From Sphingobacteriales bacterium (GTDB lineage: Bacteria; Bacteroidota; Bacteroidia; Chitinophagales; Chitinophagaceae): a stretch of DNA of 64,000 nucleotides. The stretch is taken from positions 72,251 through 136,250 of the forward strand of contig JACRJO010000037.1 in NCBI GenBank assembly GCA_016219985.1. The letters run 5' to 3'. Made by a program: the position numbers and the translations under genes. Below the pieces are notes generated by a model. It did no database searches and was not told where the DNA came from. It worked only from the letters and a program-made list of their open reading frames with translations. Every line of letters begins with the position of its first letter. Position 1 is the stretch's first letter. Positions 21,649-31,982 of this stretch are shown in pieces.

Positions 21649-23844
21649 ATGCGGACTATGTGGAAAGATATCAGGCGGATCATTGAAGAGACGGCGGTTC
21701 CGCGGGAGAAATTTATTTCCCTGATCAATGAAGAAGGGATGATCCTCTCGGCCAATTCCCGGATGAAACGCTCCTTTCACCTGGCGCATCCGCGGGCAAC
21801 GGCCCGGAGTATGTTTGAATTGCTGCACCCGGTGAACCAACCCGTTTTTAAAGACGGGCTTTTGCTTTCTGCAAAGAAAGGTAAGGCGATTAGTTTGGAA
21901 GCCAGCCTGAAGAACGGATTTTATCACCCGATGAAATGGCATGTATCTCCTTTACGGTCTAAGGGAGAACAACGGACCTATTTGTGCGTGGGGCATCATT
22001 TACTTGATGAGGACAGGAGCCGCCTGCTCCGCCAGCTGGGAAGCGGGAATAACCAGCTGATCTTTGAAAGCCTGGATACGGGCGTTTTGTTTCAGGATAC
22101 CCGGGGAGAGTTAATCGCTGTTAACCAGAAAGCGGCTGAAATTTTCAATACCACGCTGGAACGCCTGTACCAGCTCCGGAATGTCGCCGGTCAATGGAAT
22201 CATAGCTGGCAGATCCACCAGGAAAACGGCGCCCCTGTCCAGTTTGATAAAACCCCCTTTATGAAAGCCCTCGAAACCGGTAAAGGGCAATCGGAGATCC
22301 TGGTTGTTGGTCTTAAGAACGGCGAACTGCGCTGGCTGCAATTCAGTTCGCAACCTGTATTTACTGAAAACAGCCAGGCTGCCTCAGCTGTTGTAACAAA
22401 AATTACTGACCTGACCCCGGAAAAGGAACAGCTCAGGGACCTGAAGGAGCGGAAAGCCGTGCTGAAATCCTTTATGAAACTAACCCCCAACCTGGCCTGG
22501 GTGGTGAATGAAAAGGCCAGCCTGTTATTTGCCAGTAAATATTTCTACGAATTTTTCGGGATCAATGAAGCCACTGCCGCCAACCAGAGCCTGCTGAAAC
22601 TTGTCCCTTCCCCGGTGGCAGAAGCCATGTATAAAAAGCATTTGCAGGTGCTGGAAACAGGGAAGCCGACCGATGTGATTCAAACGATTAAATGGGCAGA
22701 TGGCTCTGAATATATCTTTCATATTGACATCTTTCCTATTGAGGGAGTCCCGGGTAAAAAAATACTGGGCGGGTACGCGGTGAACCTCACGGATAAATAT
22801 GAGACGGAGAAAAAGCTCAGGGAAACCAATGAGCGCCTGCTTCTTTTATCCCGGGCGACTTCCGATTCAATCTGGGAATGGGATATGCAAACCGGTCATA
22901 TATTCCGGAACGACGCCCTGATGGACATGATCGGGTACCACACCGATGTGCCCAGGGGACTCTCCTGGTGGCTCCGCCGCATTCACCCCGAAGACCGGAA
23001 CCGGGTGGGAGACGCAGTGAAACAAAGCACAGAGGAAGGAAGCCAGTCCTGGCAGCAGGAATACCGGTTTAAATGTGCAGATGGCACTTATAAATACATG
23101 CGCGATAAGGGTTATATCGTTTACGAAAACGGCCTGCCTGTGAAGATGATCGGTTCCATCCAGGATATAAGTGATATTAAAGAGCTGGAAGGAAGGCTCA
23201 TCGAAGAACGGCTGATGCGGCAGAAGGAAGTATCGGAGAAGGTGATCCAGGCACAGGAAAAAGAGCGGACACAGATCGGGCATGAATTACACGATAATGT
23301 GAACCAGATACTTTCGTCTGCGCGGTTATTCTTTGAAATGATCAGTGCCGGGAATAAAGAACAGTCCCTGTACCAGTCAAAGGGACTCGAGTACATCAGT
23401 ATGGCTGTGGAGGAGATCCGTAAACTATCCCGGGAACTGGTGGCTCCCCGGCTCAGGGAAAACAGCCTGGTCCCCTGTATTGATCAACTGATCGGGGATA
23501 CGCGGATGGCGAGCGGGCTGCTTATTTCGTTTACTCATGACAGTGATGCCGATCAGCTGACCGACGGTAAAAAAGTGACACTGTTCCGGATATTGCAGGA
23601 ACAACTGAAAAATATTCTCAAGCACAGCGGGGCCGACCGGGTGGAGATCCGGCTGGAACAGAAGGAAGAATGGATCCGGCTGACCGTAAAGGATAATGGA
23701 ACAGGGTTTGATGCTAACCAGACCTTCCGGGGGATTGGCCTGAATAATATTTATGAAAGGGCCCGGTTCTATGACGGAACGGTGGACATACAGACCGCCC
23801 CCGGGAAAGGCTGTACGCTGACTGTTCAGATTGCCGCTTCGTAA
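21649..23844 (+). CDS. Cytoplasmic multi-PAS HisKA_3 histidine kinase
   Basis: About 4 PAS-like domains; IGHELHDNVNQ H-box; DNGTGF and GIGLNNI boxes; no TM segment seen. Confidence 0.92.
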   Translation: MRTMWKDIRRIIEETAVPREKFISLINEEGMILSANSRMKRSFHLAHPRATARSMFELLHPVNQPVFKDGLLLSAKKGKAISLEASLKNGFYHPMKWHVSPLRSKGEQRTYLCVGHHLLDEDRSRLLRQLGSGNNQLIFESLDTGVLFQDTRGELIAVNQKAAEIFNTTLERLYQLRNVAGQWNHSWQIHQENGAPVQFDKTPFMKALETGKGQSEILVVGLKNGELRWLQFSSQPVFTENSQAASAVVTKITDLTPEKEQLRDLKERKAVLKSFMKLTPNLAWVVNEKASLLFASKYFYEFFGINEATAANQSLLKLVPSPVAEAMYKKHLQVLETGKPTDVIQTIKWADGSEYIFHIDIFPIEGVPGKKILGGYAVNLTDKYETEKKLRETNERLLLLSRATSDSIWEWDMQTGHIFRNDALMDMIGYHTDVPRGLSWWLRRIHPEDRNRVGDAVKQSTEEGSQSWQQEYRFKCADGTYKYMRDKGYIVYENGLPVKMIGSIQDISDIKELEGRLIEERLMRQKEVSEKVIQAQEKERTQIGHELHDNVNQILSSARLFFEMISAGNKEQSLYQSKGLEYISMAVEEIRKLSRELVAPRLRENSLVPCIDQLIGDTRMASGLLISFTHDSDADQLTDGKKVTLFRILQEQLKNILKHSGADRVEIRLEQKEEWIRLTVKDNGTGFDANQTFRGIGLNNIYERARFYDGTVDIQTAPGKGCTLTVQIAAS

Positions 23845-23903
23845 GCCCGGTAATGGATTGGGGTGGCCGGGTTGGCAGGGTTTTTCAGCCTCGTACAATC
23901 CCT

Positions 23904-24494
23904 TTATTTATGTCTTTTCTCCAGTGTATCCAGCACATCCGTTAGTGTAAATCCCTTGGCCTGCAACAATACCAGGTAATGAAAAAGCAGGTCAGCGGCT
24001 TCCCCCAGGAACAGGTCCCGGTTATCATCCTTGCTTTCGATAACCAGTTCCACGGCTTCTTCGCCTACTTTCTGCGCTACTTTATTGATCCCTTTGGCAA
24101 AGAGGGAAGAAGTATAAGATTGATCAGACGGATTGTTTTTCCGGTCAGTAATGATCCGTTCCAGCGTTTCCAGGGAGAAGGGGGGATTCGCTTCGCTGAA
24201 GCAGGTTGCCGCGCCGGTATGACAAACGGGGCCGGCGGGTTCCGCTTTGATCAGCAGGGTATCATTGTCGCAATCCGTGATCATTTCTTTGATATAAAGA
24301 AAGTTTCCGGATGTTTCTCCCTTGGTCCAGAGCCGTTGTTTGCTCCGGCTGAAAAAAGTGACTTTCCCGTCCTGCTGCGATTTCAGGAATGCGGCTTCAT
24401 TCATAAATCCCAGCATCAGTACCCGCCGGGTAGCGGCATCCTGTACGATCACGGGTACCAGCCCGTCGGTATATTTGGCAAAATCAGGTTTCAT
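23904..24494 (-). CDS. hisIE: Bifunctional phosphoribosyl-AMP cyclohydrolase/phosphoribosyl-ATP pyrophosphatase
   Basis: WTKGETSGN, DCDNDTL, CHTG, KVGEEAVE motifs. Confidence 0.97.
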   Translation of the reverse strand: MKPDFAKYTDGLVPVIVQDAATRRVLMLGFMNEAAFLKSQQDGKVTFFSRSKQRLWTKGETSGNFLYIKEMITDCDNDTLLIKAEPAGPVCHTGAATCFSEANPPFSLETLERIITDRKNNPSDQSYTSSLFAKGINKVAQKVGEEAVELVIESKDDNRDLFLGEAADLLFHYLVLLQAKGFTLTDVLDTLEKRHK

Positions 24495-24495
24495 A

Positions 24496-24675
24496 TCAGT
24501 CTTTTGCTTTATTGTTTTCGGCTTCGTTCTCTTCTCTGTTTTTCAGTGTTTCCAGTAACCGGTCATAGGCTTCCGCTCTTCTTTCATGCTGCTCTTCCAG
24601 GCGGTCCTGTCTTTTCTTTTCAAAATACTGAACAAAGAGCCATACCAAAGCCAGGCAGATAAAAATGAGCATCAT
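24496..24675 (-). CDS. Unannotated 59-aa small membrane protein within the his operon
   Basis: ATG overlaps the hisF stop (ATGA); stop is 1 nt before the hisIE start; hydrophobic N-terminus then charged helical tail. Confidence 0.75.
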   Translation of the reverse strand: MMLIFICLALVWLFVQYFEKKRQDRLEEQHERRAEAYDRLLETLKNREENEAENNKAKD

Positions 24676-25427
24676 AAGCGGACCGGGATATTTTGTGCCT
24701 GTAAATATCGTTTTAAATCCGGAATGGGAATTTCCCTGAAATGAAAGATACTTGCTGCTAATGCTGCATCGGCATGGGCTTCCCGGAATACTTCGGAAAA
24801 ATGTTCCATCTGCCCCGCCCCGCCGGAGGCGATCACCGGTATGGGCACGGCCTCGCTGACCTGCCGGGTAAGGGGAAGGGCAAACCCATTTTTTGTTCCG
24901 TCATGTTCCATCGAAGTAAGCAGGATTTCCCCGGCGCCGCGTTCTGCGGCTTCCCTGGCCCAATCCAGGGCAAAGAACGGGGTGGGGGTCCTTCCCCCGT
25001 GTGTCACCACCCTCCATTGATCCTCCATGATCTTCGCATCAATCGCCAGCACCACGCACTGGCTGCCGAATTGCCGGGCCAGTTCATTGATCAGTTCCGG
25101 TCTTTTCACGGCCGATGTATTGACGGAAATTTTATCCGCCCCGTTTTCCAGCAGCACACTTACATCCTCAACGGTATTGATTCCCCCGCCAACAGTGAAG
25201 GGGATATTGATATGCGTGGCAATTTCCCGGACCAGTTTCGCCAGTGTCTTCCTTTTTTCTGTGGTGGCCGTGATATCGAGGAACACCAGTTCATCCGCGC
25301 CTTCCTCACAATAACGAACAGCGAGTTCCACGGGATCACCGGCATCCCGGAGTTCGAGAAAGTTGGTCCCTTTTACCGTTCTGCCGTCTTTGATATCCAG
25401 GCAGGGAATGATTCGTTTGGTGAGCAT
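24672..25427 (-). CDS. hisF: Imidazole glycerol phosphate synthase cyclase subunit
   Basis: [26 protein letters not shown]. Confidence 0.98.
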   Translation of the reverse strand: MLTKRIIPCLDIKDGRTVKGTNFLELRDAGDPVELAVRYCEEGADELVFLDITATTEKRKTLAKLVREIATHINIPFTVGGGINTVEDVSVLLENGADKISVNTSAVKRPELINELARQFGSQCVVLAIDAKIMEDQWRVVTHGGRTPTPFFALDWAREAAERGAGEILLTSMEHDGTKNGFALPLTRQVSEAVPIPVIASGGAGQMEHFSEVFREAHADAALAASIFHFREIPIPDLKRYLQAQNIPVRL

Positions 25428-25429
25428 GG

Positions 25430-26146
25430 TTATAAAAATCGTTTTAAGTCAGCCAGCGTGATCCGGTTCTCATACAGCGCCTTGCCAATGATCGCCCCTT
25501 TGCAGCCGGCCTGCCGCAATTCATCCAGTTCTGTTACACGCGTGATCCCCCCGCTGGCAATCAGGTCAATGGAGGGATGCTGGTTCAGTATTTTTTTATA
25601 CAGGCCGGTAGCAGTACCCTGGAGCAAACCGTCTTTCTCCACGTCGGTGCAAAAAAACTGCTTTACTCCCTTTGTCTTGTATTTTTCAATCAGTTCAAAT
25701 ACGGTCAGGGCGGTGGATTCGGTCCAGCCACGGATGACAATTTTTCCTTCTCTTACATCCGCACCGATAATAAATTTCTCCGGTCCAAAAGCCAGCAACC
25801 AGCCGCTGAAGGTCAGTTCGTCTTTTACCGCGATGCTGCCTACTGCTGCATAAGCCGCACCGGAATTGAAAGTGATCTCCACATTTTTCTGTGTACTGAT
25901 CCCGCCGCTGAAATCAATGGACAGTTTGGTTTTACCGGCTATCTTTTCCAGCACTTTCCAGTTTTTTACGTCCCCGCCTTTCGCCCCGTCGAGGTCCACC
26001 AGGTGCAGGCGCCGGATACCGGCCCCTTCAAATTGCAGGGCCACTTCCAGAGGGTCCTCGTTATATATTTTCTGCTGGCTGTAATCGCCCTTTGTCAGGC
26101 GCACACATTTGCCGTTAATAATATCAATCGCAGGTATAATCTTCAT
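25430..26146 (-). CDS. hisA: ProFAR isomerase
   Basis: [31 protein letters not shown]. Confidence 0.97.
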   Translation of the reverse strand: MKIIPAIDIINGKCVRLTKGDYSQQKIYNEDPLEVALQFEGAGIRRLHLVDLDGAKGGDVKNWKVLEKIAGKTKLSIDFSGGISTQKNVEITFNSGAAYAAVGSIAVKDELTFSGWLLAFGPEKFIIGADVREGKIVIRGWTESTALTVFELIEKYKTKGVKQFFCTDVEKDGLLQGTATGLYKKILNQHPSIDLIASGGITRVTELDELRQAGCKGAIIGKALYENRITLADLKRFL

Positions 26147-26147
26147 G

Positions 26148-26741
26148 TCAGAGCAATAAAAAGTTTTTTAAAATCTGTTCACCCGCTTTGGCGCTTTTTT
26201 CGGGATGGAACTGCACCCCGTAAAAATTCTTCCAATGCAGGGCTGAACTGTAGGGGCGGGTATAATCGGTGCTGGCAATGCTGAATTTGTTTGCTTCTGC
26301 ATAATAACTATGCACAAAATAGCAGTACGCATTTTCCTCTACCTGATTAAATAAAGCGGATTGCAGGTTGTAAACAGAATTCCATCCAATCTGCGGTATT
26401 TTCACTAACGGATCGCCGGTGGTGAATTTCTTCACCTGTACGCCGGTAAACACGCCCAGGCAACTGGTATCATTTTCCTCGGAACCGGCGCAGAGCAATT
26501 GCATCCCCAGGCAAATACCCAGTACGGGCTGCTGCAGCGATACGATCAGTTTGTCAAGCTCCCTTTCCCGCAGGTATTGCATGGCCGTGCTGGCCTCGCC
26601 CACACCGGGGAAGATAACCCTGTCCGCGCTTCGGATCTGCCCGGGTTCATCGGTAACCACCGCCTGTACGCCGATCCGCTCCAGGGCGAACAGCACGGAC
26701 CGGATATTCCCGGCATTGTATTTTATAATAACCGTATTCAT
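26148..26741 (-). CDS. hisH: Imidazole glycerol phosphate synthase glutaminase subunit
   Basis: PGVG, GICLGMQ, QFHPEKS. Confidence 0.98.
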   Translation of the reverse strand: MNTVIIKYNAGNIRSVLFALERIGVQAVVTDEPGQIRSADRVIFPGVGEASTAMQYLRERELDKLIVSLQQPVLGICLGMQLLCAGSEENDTSCLGVFTGVQVKKFTTGDPLVKIPQIGWNSVYNLQSALFNQVEENAYCYFVHSYYAEANKFSIASTDYTRPYSSALHWKNFYGVQFHPEKSAKAGEQILKNFLLL

Positions 26742-27880
26742 TATAATATTCCTTTGGTACTGGGCAGTTGCATATTGTCCGGGTCCCTTTTCACCGCCAT
26801 CTTTACCGCTTTTGCCAGCGCTTTAAAGACCGATTCAATTTTGTGATGTTCATTGTCTCCTTCCACTTTTATATTCAGGTTGCAGCGGGCCGCATCCGAA
26901 AATGATTTGAAGAAATGGTACAGCATTTCCGTCGGGAAATCGCCTACTTTTTCCCGCTTAAATCCGGCTGACCAGACTAACCAGCTCCGGCCGCCAAAAT
27001 CAATGGCCACCTGTGCCAGGGCATCATCCATCGGCAGGGTAAATCCATACCGGGCAATCCCTTTTTTGTTTCCCAATGCCAGGGCCAGGGCTTCCCCCAA
27101 TGCAATAGCTGTATCCTCGATGGTATGGTGTTCATCAATATGTAAATCGCCCTCCACCGTGATGGAGAGATCCATGCCGCTGTGCCGGCCTAACTGGTCC
27201 AGCATGTGATCAAAGAAGTGAAGACCGGTCCTGATGGCAGTTTTTCCCTGCCCGTCCAGGTTCATTTCTATGCTGATCTTTGTTTCATTGGTGTTTCTTT
27301 CATGACGGATCACCCGCTGGCCGAGCCGCAGGAATTCATAGATGGCTTTCCACTCCGTGGTCTCCAGCGCGGTTATGTTCTTCAGCTCACTCATATCATT
27401 GCTGATCTCCGCCGCGCCCAGGCTGGCATCATTGTTCAGCCAGATCGCTTTGCAACCCAGGTTTTTGGCCAGCTGCACATCGGTAACACGATCGCCGATC
27501 ACGAAGGATCCGGGAATATCGTAATCCGCATTGCTGAGATATTCCAGCAGCATGCCCGTAGCTGGTTTGCGGGTGGGGGCAGGGTCGGCTGCGAAACTGC
27601 GGTCAATATGTACGTTGCTGAAAAAGATGTTTTCGTTTTCCAGGGCTTTCATAACAAAATGCTGCACGGGCCAGAAGTCATCCTCCGGGTAGGAGGATGT
27701 GCCCAGTCCATCCTGGTTGGTCACCATGACCAGTTCAAAGTCGAGTTCCGTGGCGATCTTTTTCATCCAGGTAAACATATCCGGGTAGAATTCCAGTTTG
27801 GCAAAGGAATCCACCTGGTAGGTTGGCGGCGCTTCTTTGATCAGGGTGCCATCCCGGTCGATAAAGAGTATTTTTTTCAT
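26741..27880 (-). CDS. hisB: Bifunctional histidinol-phosphatase/imidazoleglycerol-phosphate dehydratase
   Basis: DRDGT HAD motif; [21 protein letters not shown]. Confidence 0.98.
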   Translation of the reverse strand: MKKILFIDRDGTLIKEAPPTYQVDSFAKLEFYPDMFTWMKKIATELDFELVMVTNQDGLGTSSYPEDDFWPVQHFVMKALENENIFFSNVHIDRSFAADPAPTRKPATGMLLEYLSNADYDIPGSFVIGDRVTDVQLAKNLGCKAIWLNNDASLGAAEISNDMSELKNITALETTEWKAIYEFLRLGQRVIRHERNTNETKISIEMNLDGQGKTAIRTGLHFFDHMLDQLGRHSGMDLSITVEGDLHIDEHHTIEDTAIALGEALALALGNKKGIARYGFTLPMDDALAQVAIDFGGRSWLVWSAGFKREKVGDFPTEMLYHFFKSFSDAARCNLNIKVEGDNEHHKIESVFKALAKAVKMAVKRDPDNMQLPSTKGIL

Positions 27881-28932
27881 GCCATGTAATTTTTTAAGGC
27901 TTCCTGTAACTGGTTGTTTTCGTCGGGTGTGCCAATGGTGATCCGGAGGCAGTCGTCACAGAGGATCACTTTTGAACGGTCCCGTACAATGATTCCCTTG
28001 CCGGCCAGGTATTCGTAAATATTCCGGGCCCCTTTCATTTTCACCAGGATAAAATTGGCATCCGAAGGATAAACGGTTTCTGTAATAGTTAATTCCTGCA
28101 GGGCCTCCGTCAGCTTTTCTTTCTCTGCCACCGTGGTCTTTGTCCAGTTGTTAACACTGCTGATATTGCCCAATGCTTCAATTGCCAGTTGCTGGGTGAC
28201 GGTATTGATATTGTAGGGGTATTTCACCCGGTTCATGTACTCAATAACGGGTTTCCCGGCAAAAGCCATTCCCAGCCGCAGCCCCGCGAGTCCCCAGGCT
28301 TTGGAAAGGGTTTGTAAAATCACCAGGTTGGGATATTCGGTCAGTTCCGGGATAAAACTTTGCTGCCGGGAATAATTGATATAGGCTTCGTCGATGACTA
28401 CCAGCCCCTCAAAATTATTCAGCAATACTTCGATATCACCCCGGTGCATGCTGTTCCCCGTCGGGTTATTGGGGGAGCAGACGAAAAGGAGTTTGGTCCG
28501 GGCGTCAACCGCCGCTTCAATCGCATCCAGGTCCAGCTGGAAATCCGCCGTCAGCGGAACCTTCTTTACTTCCACATCATTGATCTCCGCGCAGACTTCA
28601 TACATGCCATAGGTGGGCGGGAAGACCAGGACATTGTCCCTCCCGGGCTCGCAGAAGATGCGGAACAGCAGGTCGATCGCTTCGTCACTGCCGTTTCCCA
28701 GGAAGATATGCTGCGGGGGCACCCCTTTGATCCCGCTGATCTTTTCTTTCAATGCGGATTGCAGCGGGTCCGGGTAGCGGTTATAGTTGACCGGTAGCGG
28801 GGAGCCGAATGAATTTTCATTGGCATCCAGGAATACGGTAGCCTGACCGCTGAATTCATGGCGGGCCGAAGAATAGGGGGTCATCTTTTTGATATTCTCC
28901 CGTACCAGTGTATCAAGATTAAATTCCATCAT
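27877..28932 (-). CDS. hisC: Histidinol-phosphate aminotransferase
   Basis: [32 protein letters not shown]. Confidence 0.98.
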   Translation of the reverse strand: MMEFNLDTLVRENIKKMTPYSSARHEFSGQATVFLDANENSFGSPLPVNYNRYPDPLQSALKEKISGIKGVPPQHIFLGNGSDEAIDLLFRIFCEPGRDNVLVFPPTYGMYEVCAEINDVEVKKVPLTADFQLDLDAIEAAVDARTKLLFVCSPNNPTGNSMHRGDIEVLLNNFEGLVVIDEAYINYSRQQSFIPELTEYPNLVILQTLSKAWGLAGLRLGMAFAGKPVIEYMNRVKYPYNINTVTQQLAIEALGNISSVNNWTKTTVAEKEKLTEALQELTITETVYPSDANFILVKMKGARNIYEYLAGKGIIVRDRSKVILCDDCLRITIGTPDENNQLQEALKNYMA

Positions 28933-28933
28933 A

Positions 28934-30211
28934 TTATTTTAAGCGGACCGCGATCGCGTTTTTGTGAGCGTCCAGACCCTCGGCCGCGGCCATGGTCATA
29001 ACAGTGCTGCTGATGCGCTGCAGGCCATCGGGGCTGAGTTGCTGGTAGGTAATTTTTTTTACAAAGCTATCGAGGGAAACCCCGCTGTACATGGCGGCAT
29101 AGCCGTTGGTGGGCAGGGTATGGTTGGTGCCGCTGGCATAATCTCCCGCGCTTTCGGGTGAATAGTTTCCCAGGAAAACAGAACCGGCATTGGTCACCTG
29201 CTGCGCCAGCCGTTCCGCTTCCCGGCAGGAAAGGATCAGGTGCTCGGGTGCATAGTGGTTGGACAGGGCCAGGGCTTCGTCCATATCTTTTACCAGGATT
29301 GTCTTGCTGTGAGCCAGCGCTTTCCCGGCAATGGCTCTCCGGGGCAATTGTTCCAGCTGGGCTTTTACTTCCACTTCCACTGCGGCGGCCAGCGCTGCAA
29401 CGGGAGTCACCAGGATCACCTGTGAATCGGCGCCATGTTCAGCCTGTGATAGAAGATCCGCGGCTACAAAAGCGGGTACCGCGCTGTCATCCGCGATCAC
29501 CAGGACTTCCGAAGGACCGGCCGGCATATCAATAGCGATGCCTTCCTGCTGAACCAGTTGTTTGGCCAGGGTGACATATTGATTACCCGGTCCGAATATT
29601 TTTAAAACGCGGGGGATACTGCCTGTTCCATAGGCCATGGCCCCGATGGCCTGTACCCCGCCGGCTTTGAAAATCTTTGTTACACCGCAGGCAGTTGCCG
29701 CGAATAAGATAGCAGGGTGGATGCTGCCATCCTTAGCAGGGGGTGTGCAGAGAACGATCTCTTGGCAACCGGCGATCCGGGCAGGGAGGGCCAGCATGAG
29801 TACGGTGGAGAACAAGGGCGCTGTGCCCCCCGGGATATACAAGCCTACTTTTTCAATGGGGGAAGATTGTCTCCAGCACAGCACACCCGGCAGGGTCTCT
29901 GTTTTTTTGATCTCTTCCTTTTGCGCCAGGTGGAATGTTTCGATGGCTGTTTTCGCTGCGAGGATAGCTTCTTTCAGTTCTGCCGGCAAGAGCTCTGCCG
30001 CTTTTTTGATTTCTTTCTCACTGACCTGGATCTTTTTCAGTGGCACCCCGTCGAATTCCCGGCTGTATTTGCGGACAGCCCGGTCCCCGTTTTCCTTTAC
30101 TTTCTTCAGTATTTTCCGGACCGGTTTTTCCAGGGAGGAAAAATCCGCCACCGGCCGCTGAACCAGTTTATCCCAGGTTTCCCGGGCCGGGTAGCTGAAC
30201 TGTTGCATCAT
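28934..30211 (-). CDS. hisD: Histidinol dehydrogenase
   Basis: GLYIPGG, GPGNQYV, DMPAGPSE, DLLSQAEH, GDYASGTNH. Confidence 0.98.
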   Translation of the reverse strand: MMQQFSYPARETWDKLVQRPVADFSSLEKPVRKILKKVKENGDRAVRKYSREFDGVPLKKIQVSEKEIKKAAELLPAELKEAILAAKTAIETFHLAQKEEIKKTETLPGVLCWRQSSPIEKVGLYIPGGTAPLFSTVLMLALPARIAGCQEIVLCTPPAKDGSIHPAILFAATACGVTKIFKAGGVQAIGAMAYGTGSIPRVLKIFGPGNQYVTLAKQLVQQEGIAIDMPAGPSEVLVIADDSAVPAFVAADLLSQAEHGADSQVILVTPVAALAAAVEVEVKAQLEQLPRRAIAGKALAHSKTILVKDMDEALALSNHYAPEHLILSCREAERLAQQVTNAGSVFLGNYSPESAGDYASGTNHTLPTNGYAAMYSGVSLDSFVKKITYQQLSPDGLQRISSTVMTMAAAEGLDAHKNAIAVRLK

Positions 30212-31068
30212 ATAATCATTTTTTCAATGGGAATAATCAGGATACCCTGGGCCCCGTTGGCTTTTAATTTTTCAATGATATTCCAGAAGTCGCCTTCACT
30301 GATCACGGAGTGAACGGAACTCCAGCCCGGTTCAGCGAGCGGCAAAATGGTCGGGCTCCGCATGCCGGGTAACAGGCTGCAAATGGTATCCAGTTTATCA
30401 TTCGGGGCATTCAGCAGTACATATTTATTGTTCTTTGCTTTTTTGACCGAGCGGATCCGGAACAATAAACTTTCGAGAATGATTTTTTTCCCGGTAGAAA
30501 GCTGGTTATTGCTGATCAGTACCGCCTCGGACTGAAGGATCGTTTCCAGTTCTTTGAGTTCGTTGGTAAACAGGGTGCTGCCGGAACTCACCAGGTCGCA
30601 GATGGCATCTGCCAGCCCGATCCGGGGGGCGATCTCCACGGAGCCGCTGATTTCATGAATGGAGGCATTGATATTTTTTACCCGCAGGTAATTCCCGAGA
30701 ATACCCGGGTAACTGGTCGCGATCCGCTGACCGTTCAGGTCCGCCAGTGTTTGCAGGGAACCGTTTTTGGGAATGGCCAGTGAGAGGCGGCATTTTCCAA
30801 AACCCAGTTTCTCCAGCTTATCCACCTGCTTGTTCTTTTCATAGACCACATTCTCCCCGACAAAACCAATATCGGCTACTGCATCCTGGACATACTCGGG
30901 AATATCATCGTCCCGGAGAAAGAAGATCTCCACCGGGAAATTGGCAGCCTGGACCCGGAGCTGGTTATTGCCGTTGCTTACTTCGATGCCGCATTCTTTC
31001 AGCAGTTTCATGGAGCCGTCGTAAAGGCGCCCGGATTTTTGTACTGCAATTTTTAAGGTCTCATTCAT
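30208..31068 (-). CDS. hisG: ATP phosphoribosyltransferase (long form)
   Basis: IAVQKSGRL, RDDDIP, GSVEIAP, DLVSSGSTL; C-terminal regulatory domain. Confidence 0.98.
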   Translation of the reverse strand: MNETLKIAVQKSGRLYDGSMKLLKECGIEVSNGNNQLRVQAANFPVEIFFLRDDDIPEYVQDAVADIGFVGENVVYEKNKQVDKLEKLGFGKCRLSLAIPKNGSLQTLADLNGQRIATSYPGILGNYLRVKNINASIHEISGSVEIAPRIGLADAICDLVSSGSTLFTNELKELETILQSEAVLISNNQLSTGKKIILESLLFRIRSVKKAKNNKYVLLNAPNDKLDTICSLLPGMRSPTILPLAEPGWSSVHSVISEGDFWNIIEKLKANGAQGILIIPIEKMII

Positions 31069-31081
31069 ATCGTCTGTTTAA

Positions 31082-31112
31082 AATAAAAGGGGCCTACCTG
31101 AAGTAAGCCCCT
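31082..31112 (-). terminator. his attenuator terminator
   Basis: mRNA AGGGGCUUAC-UUCAG-GUAGGCCCCU-UUUAUUU. Confidence 0.85.
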
Positions 31113-31142
31113 GAACTATGTTGACACATAATAAATACCGGC

Positions 31143-31193
31143 CTACCCCCTCGCGGGTAAGTGATGATGATGATTATGTGTATGATTTCTCAT
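31143..31193 (-). CDS. hisL: his operon leader peptide MRNHTHNHHHHLPARG (6 His)
   Basis: 17 codons read manually, upstream of hisG and a terminator; TATTTTTG -7 element at 31201-31208 (minus). Confidence 0.92.
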   Translation of the reverse strand: MRNHTHNHHHHLPARG

Positions 31194-31286
31194 TGCGTGG
31201 CAAAAATAAGGAATAATTTGATTGGTCAGCCTGCCGGCCCATTTTTTACTTTAGGATGAAAAACAAGAGGGCCTCAATACGAACAT

Positions 31287-31631
31287 TCATTCTGCTACAG
31301 CGAGGCTGATCTGTTCCTGTAATTCGTCCGGGCTGATGCCCAGGTGACTTTCATCGTAAATACATTCCCCGTTTTTGATCAGCAATAACTGGGGTGATTC
31401 ATGGACCACCCGGAAGGTCTCAGCAACCTGCCCGGAAAGCTTGCGGTAAGCGAGCAGGTCCAGGAAGTAGAAATCGGCGCCTTCCAGGCTGCCGGCTTTT
31501 TCCAGCCGGGTCAGCGCAATGCGGCTGATGCTGCAACGGGTACTGTGTTTAAAGATAACTTGCGGGCGTTGGTGGGATATGGTGATAATTTCAACCAGTT
31601 GCTGGTTGCTGAGCAGAGCGGTCCAGTTCAT
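31287..31631 (-). CDS. ytxJ: Bacillithiol-system redox-active protein YtxJ family
   Basis: IFKHSTRCSIS and HESPQLLLIKNG motifs. Confidence 0.9.
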   Translation of the reverse strand: MNWTALLSNQQLVEIITISHQRPQVIFKHSTRCSISRIALTRLEKAGSLEGADFYFLDLLAYRKLSGQVAETFRVVHESPQLLLIKNGECIYDESHLGISPDELQEQISLAVAE

Positions 31632-31643
31632 ATAGAATAAAGA

Positions 31644-31766
31644 TTATCCCCGGAATTTATAGTTGGCCTGGGGATTGCCGGGACACCCGTATTTCTGGGA
31701 GGCGCAGGATGAAACCAGTACGATCAGCGCCAGGGTGGCCAGTATGAGGAGGAATCTATTTTTCAT
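31644..31766 (-). CDS. Unannotated 40-aa lipoprotein
   Basis: MKNRFLLILATLALIVLVSS-CASQKYGCPGNPQANYKFRG; lipobox Cys21; TATCTTTG -7 element at 31820-31827 (minus). Confidence 0.8.
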   Translation of the reverse strand: MKNRFLLILATLALIVLVSSCASQKYGCPGNPQANYKFRG

Positions 31767-31982
31767 ACAAAGGATATTTGGTGAATAAACGATTAATCAG
31801 CCGGTTTATTTTATACCGGCAAAGATAACCCCGAAACGCAATTTTTCAAGTGACATTTATCAGGGAACCGGCTGCATTTTCCCCGGTAAATGACTGGTTT
31901 TCTATGGGTAATCCCTAATTTTTACTTAAATTTCATTTTGCAGAGTTACCTTTACCGCCTCATAAAACTGAAATAGACCCTG

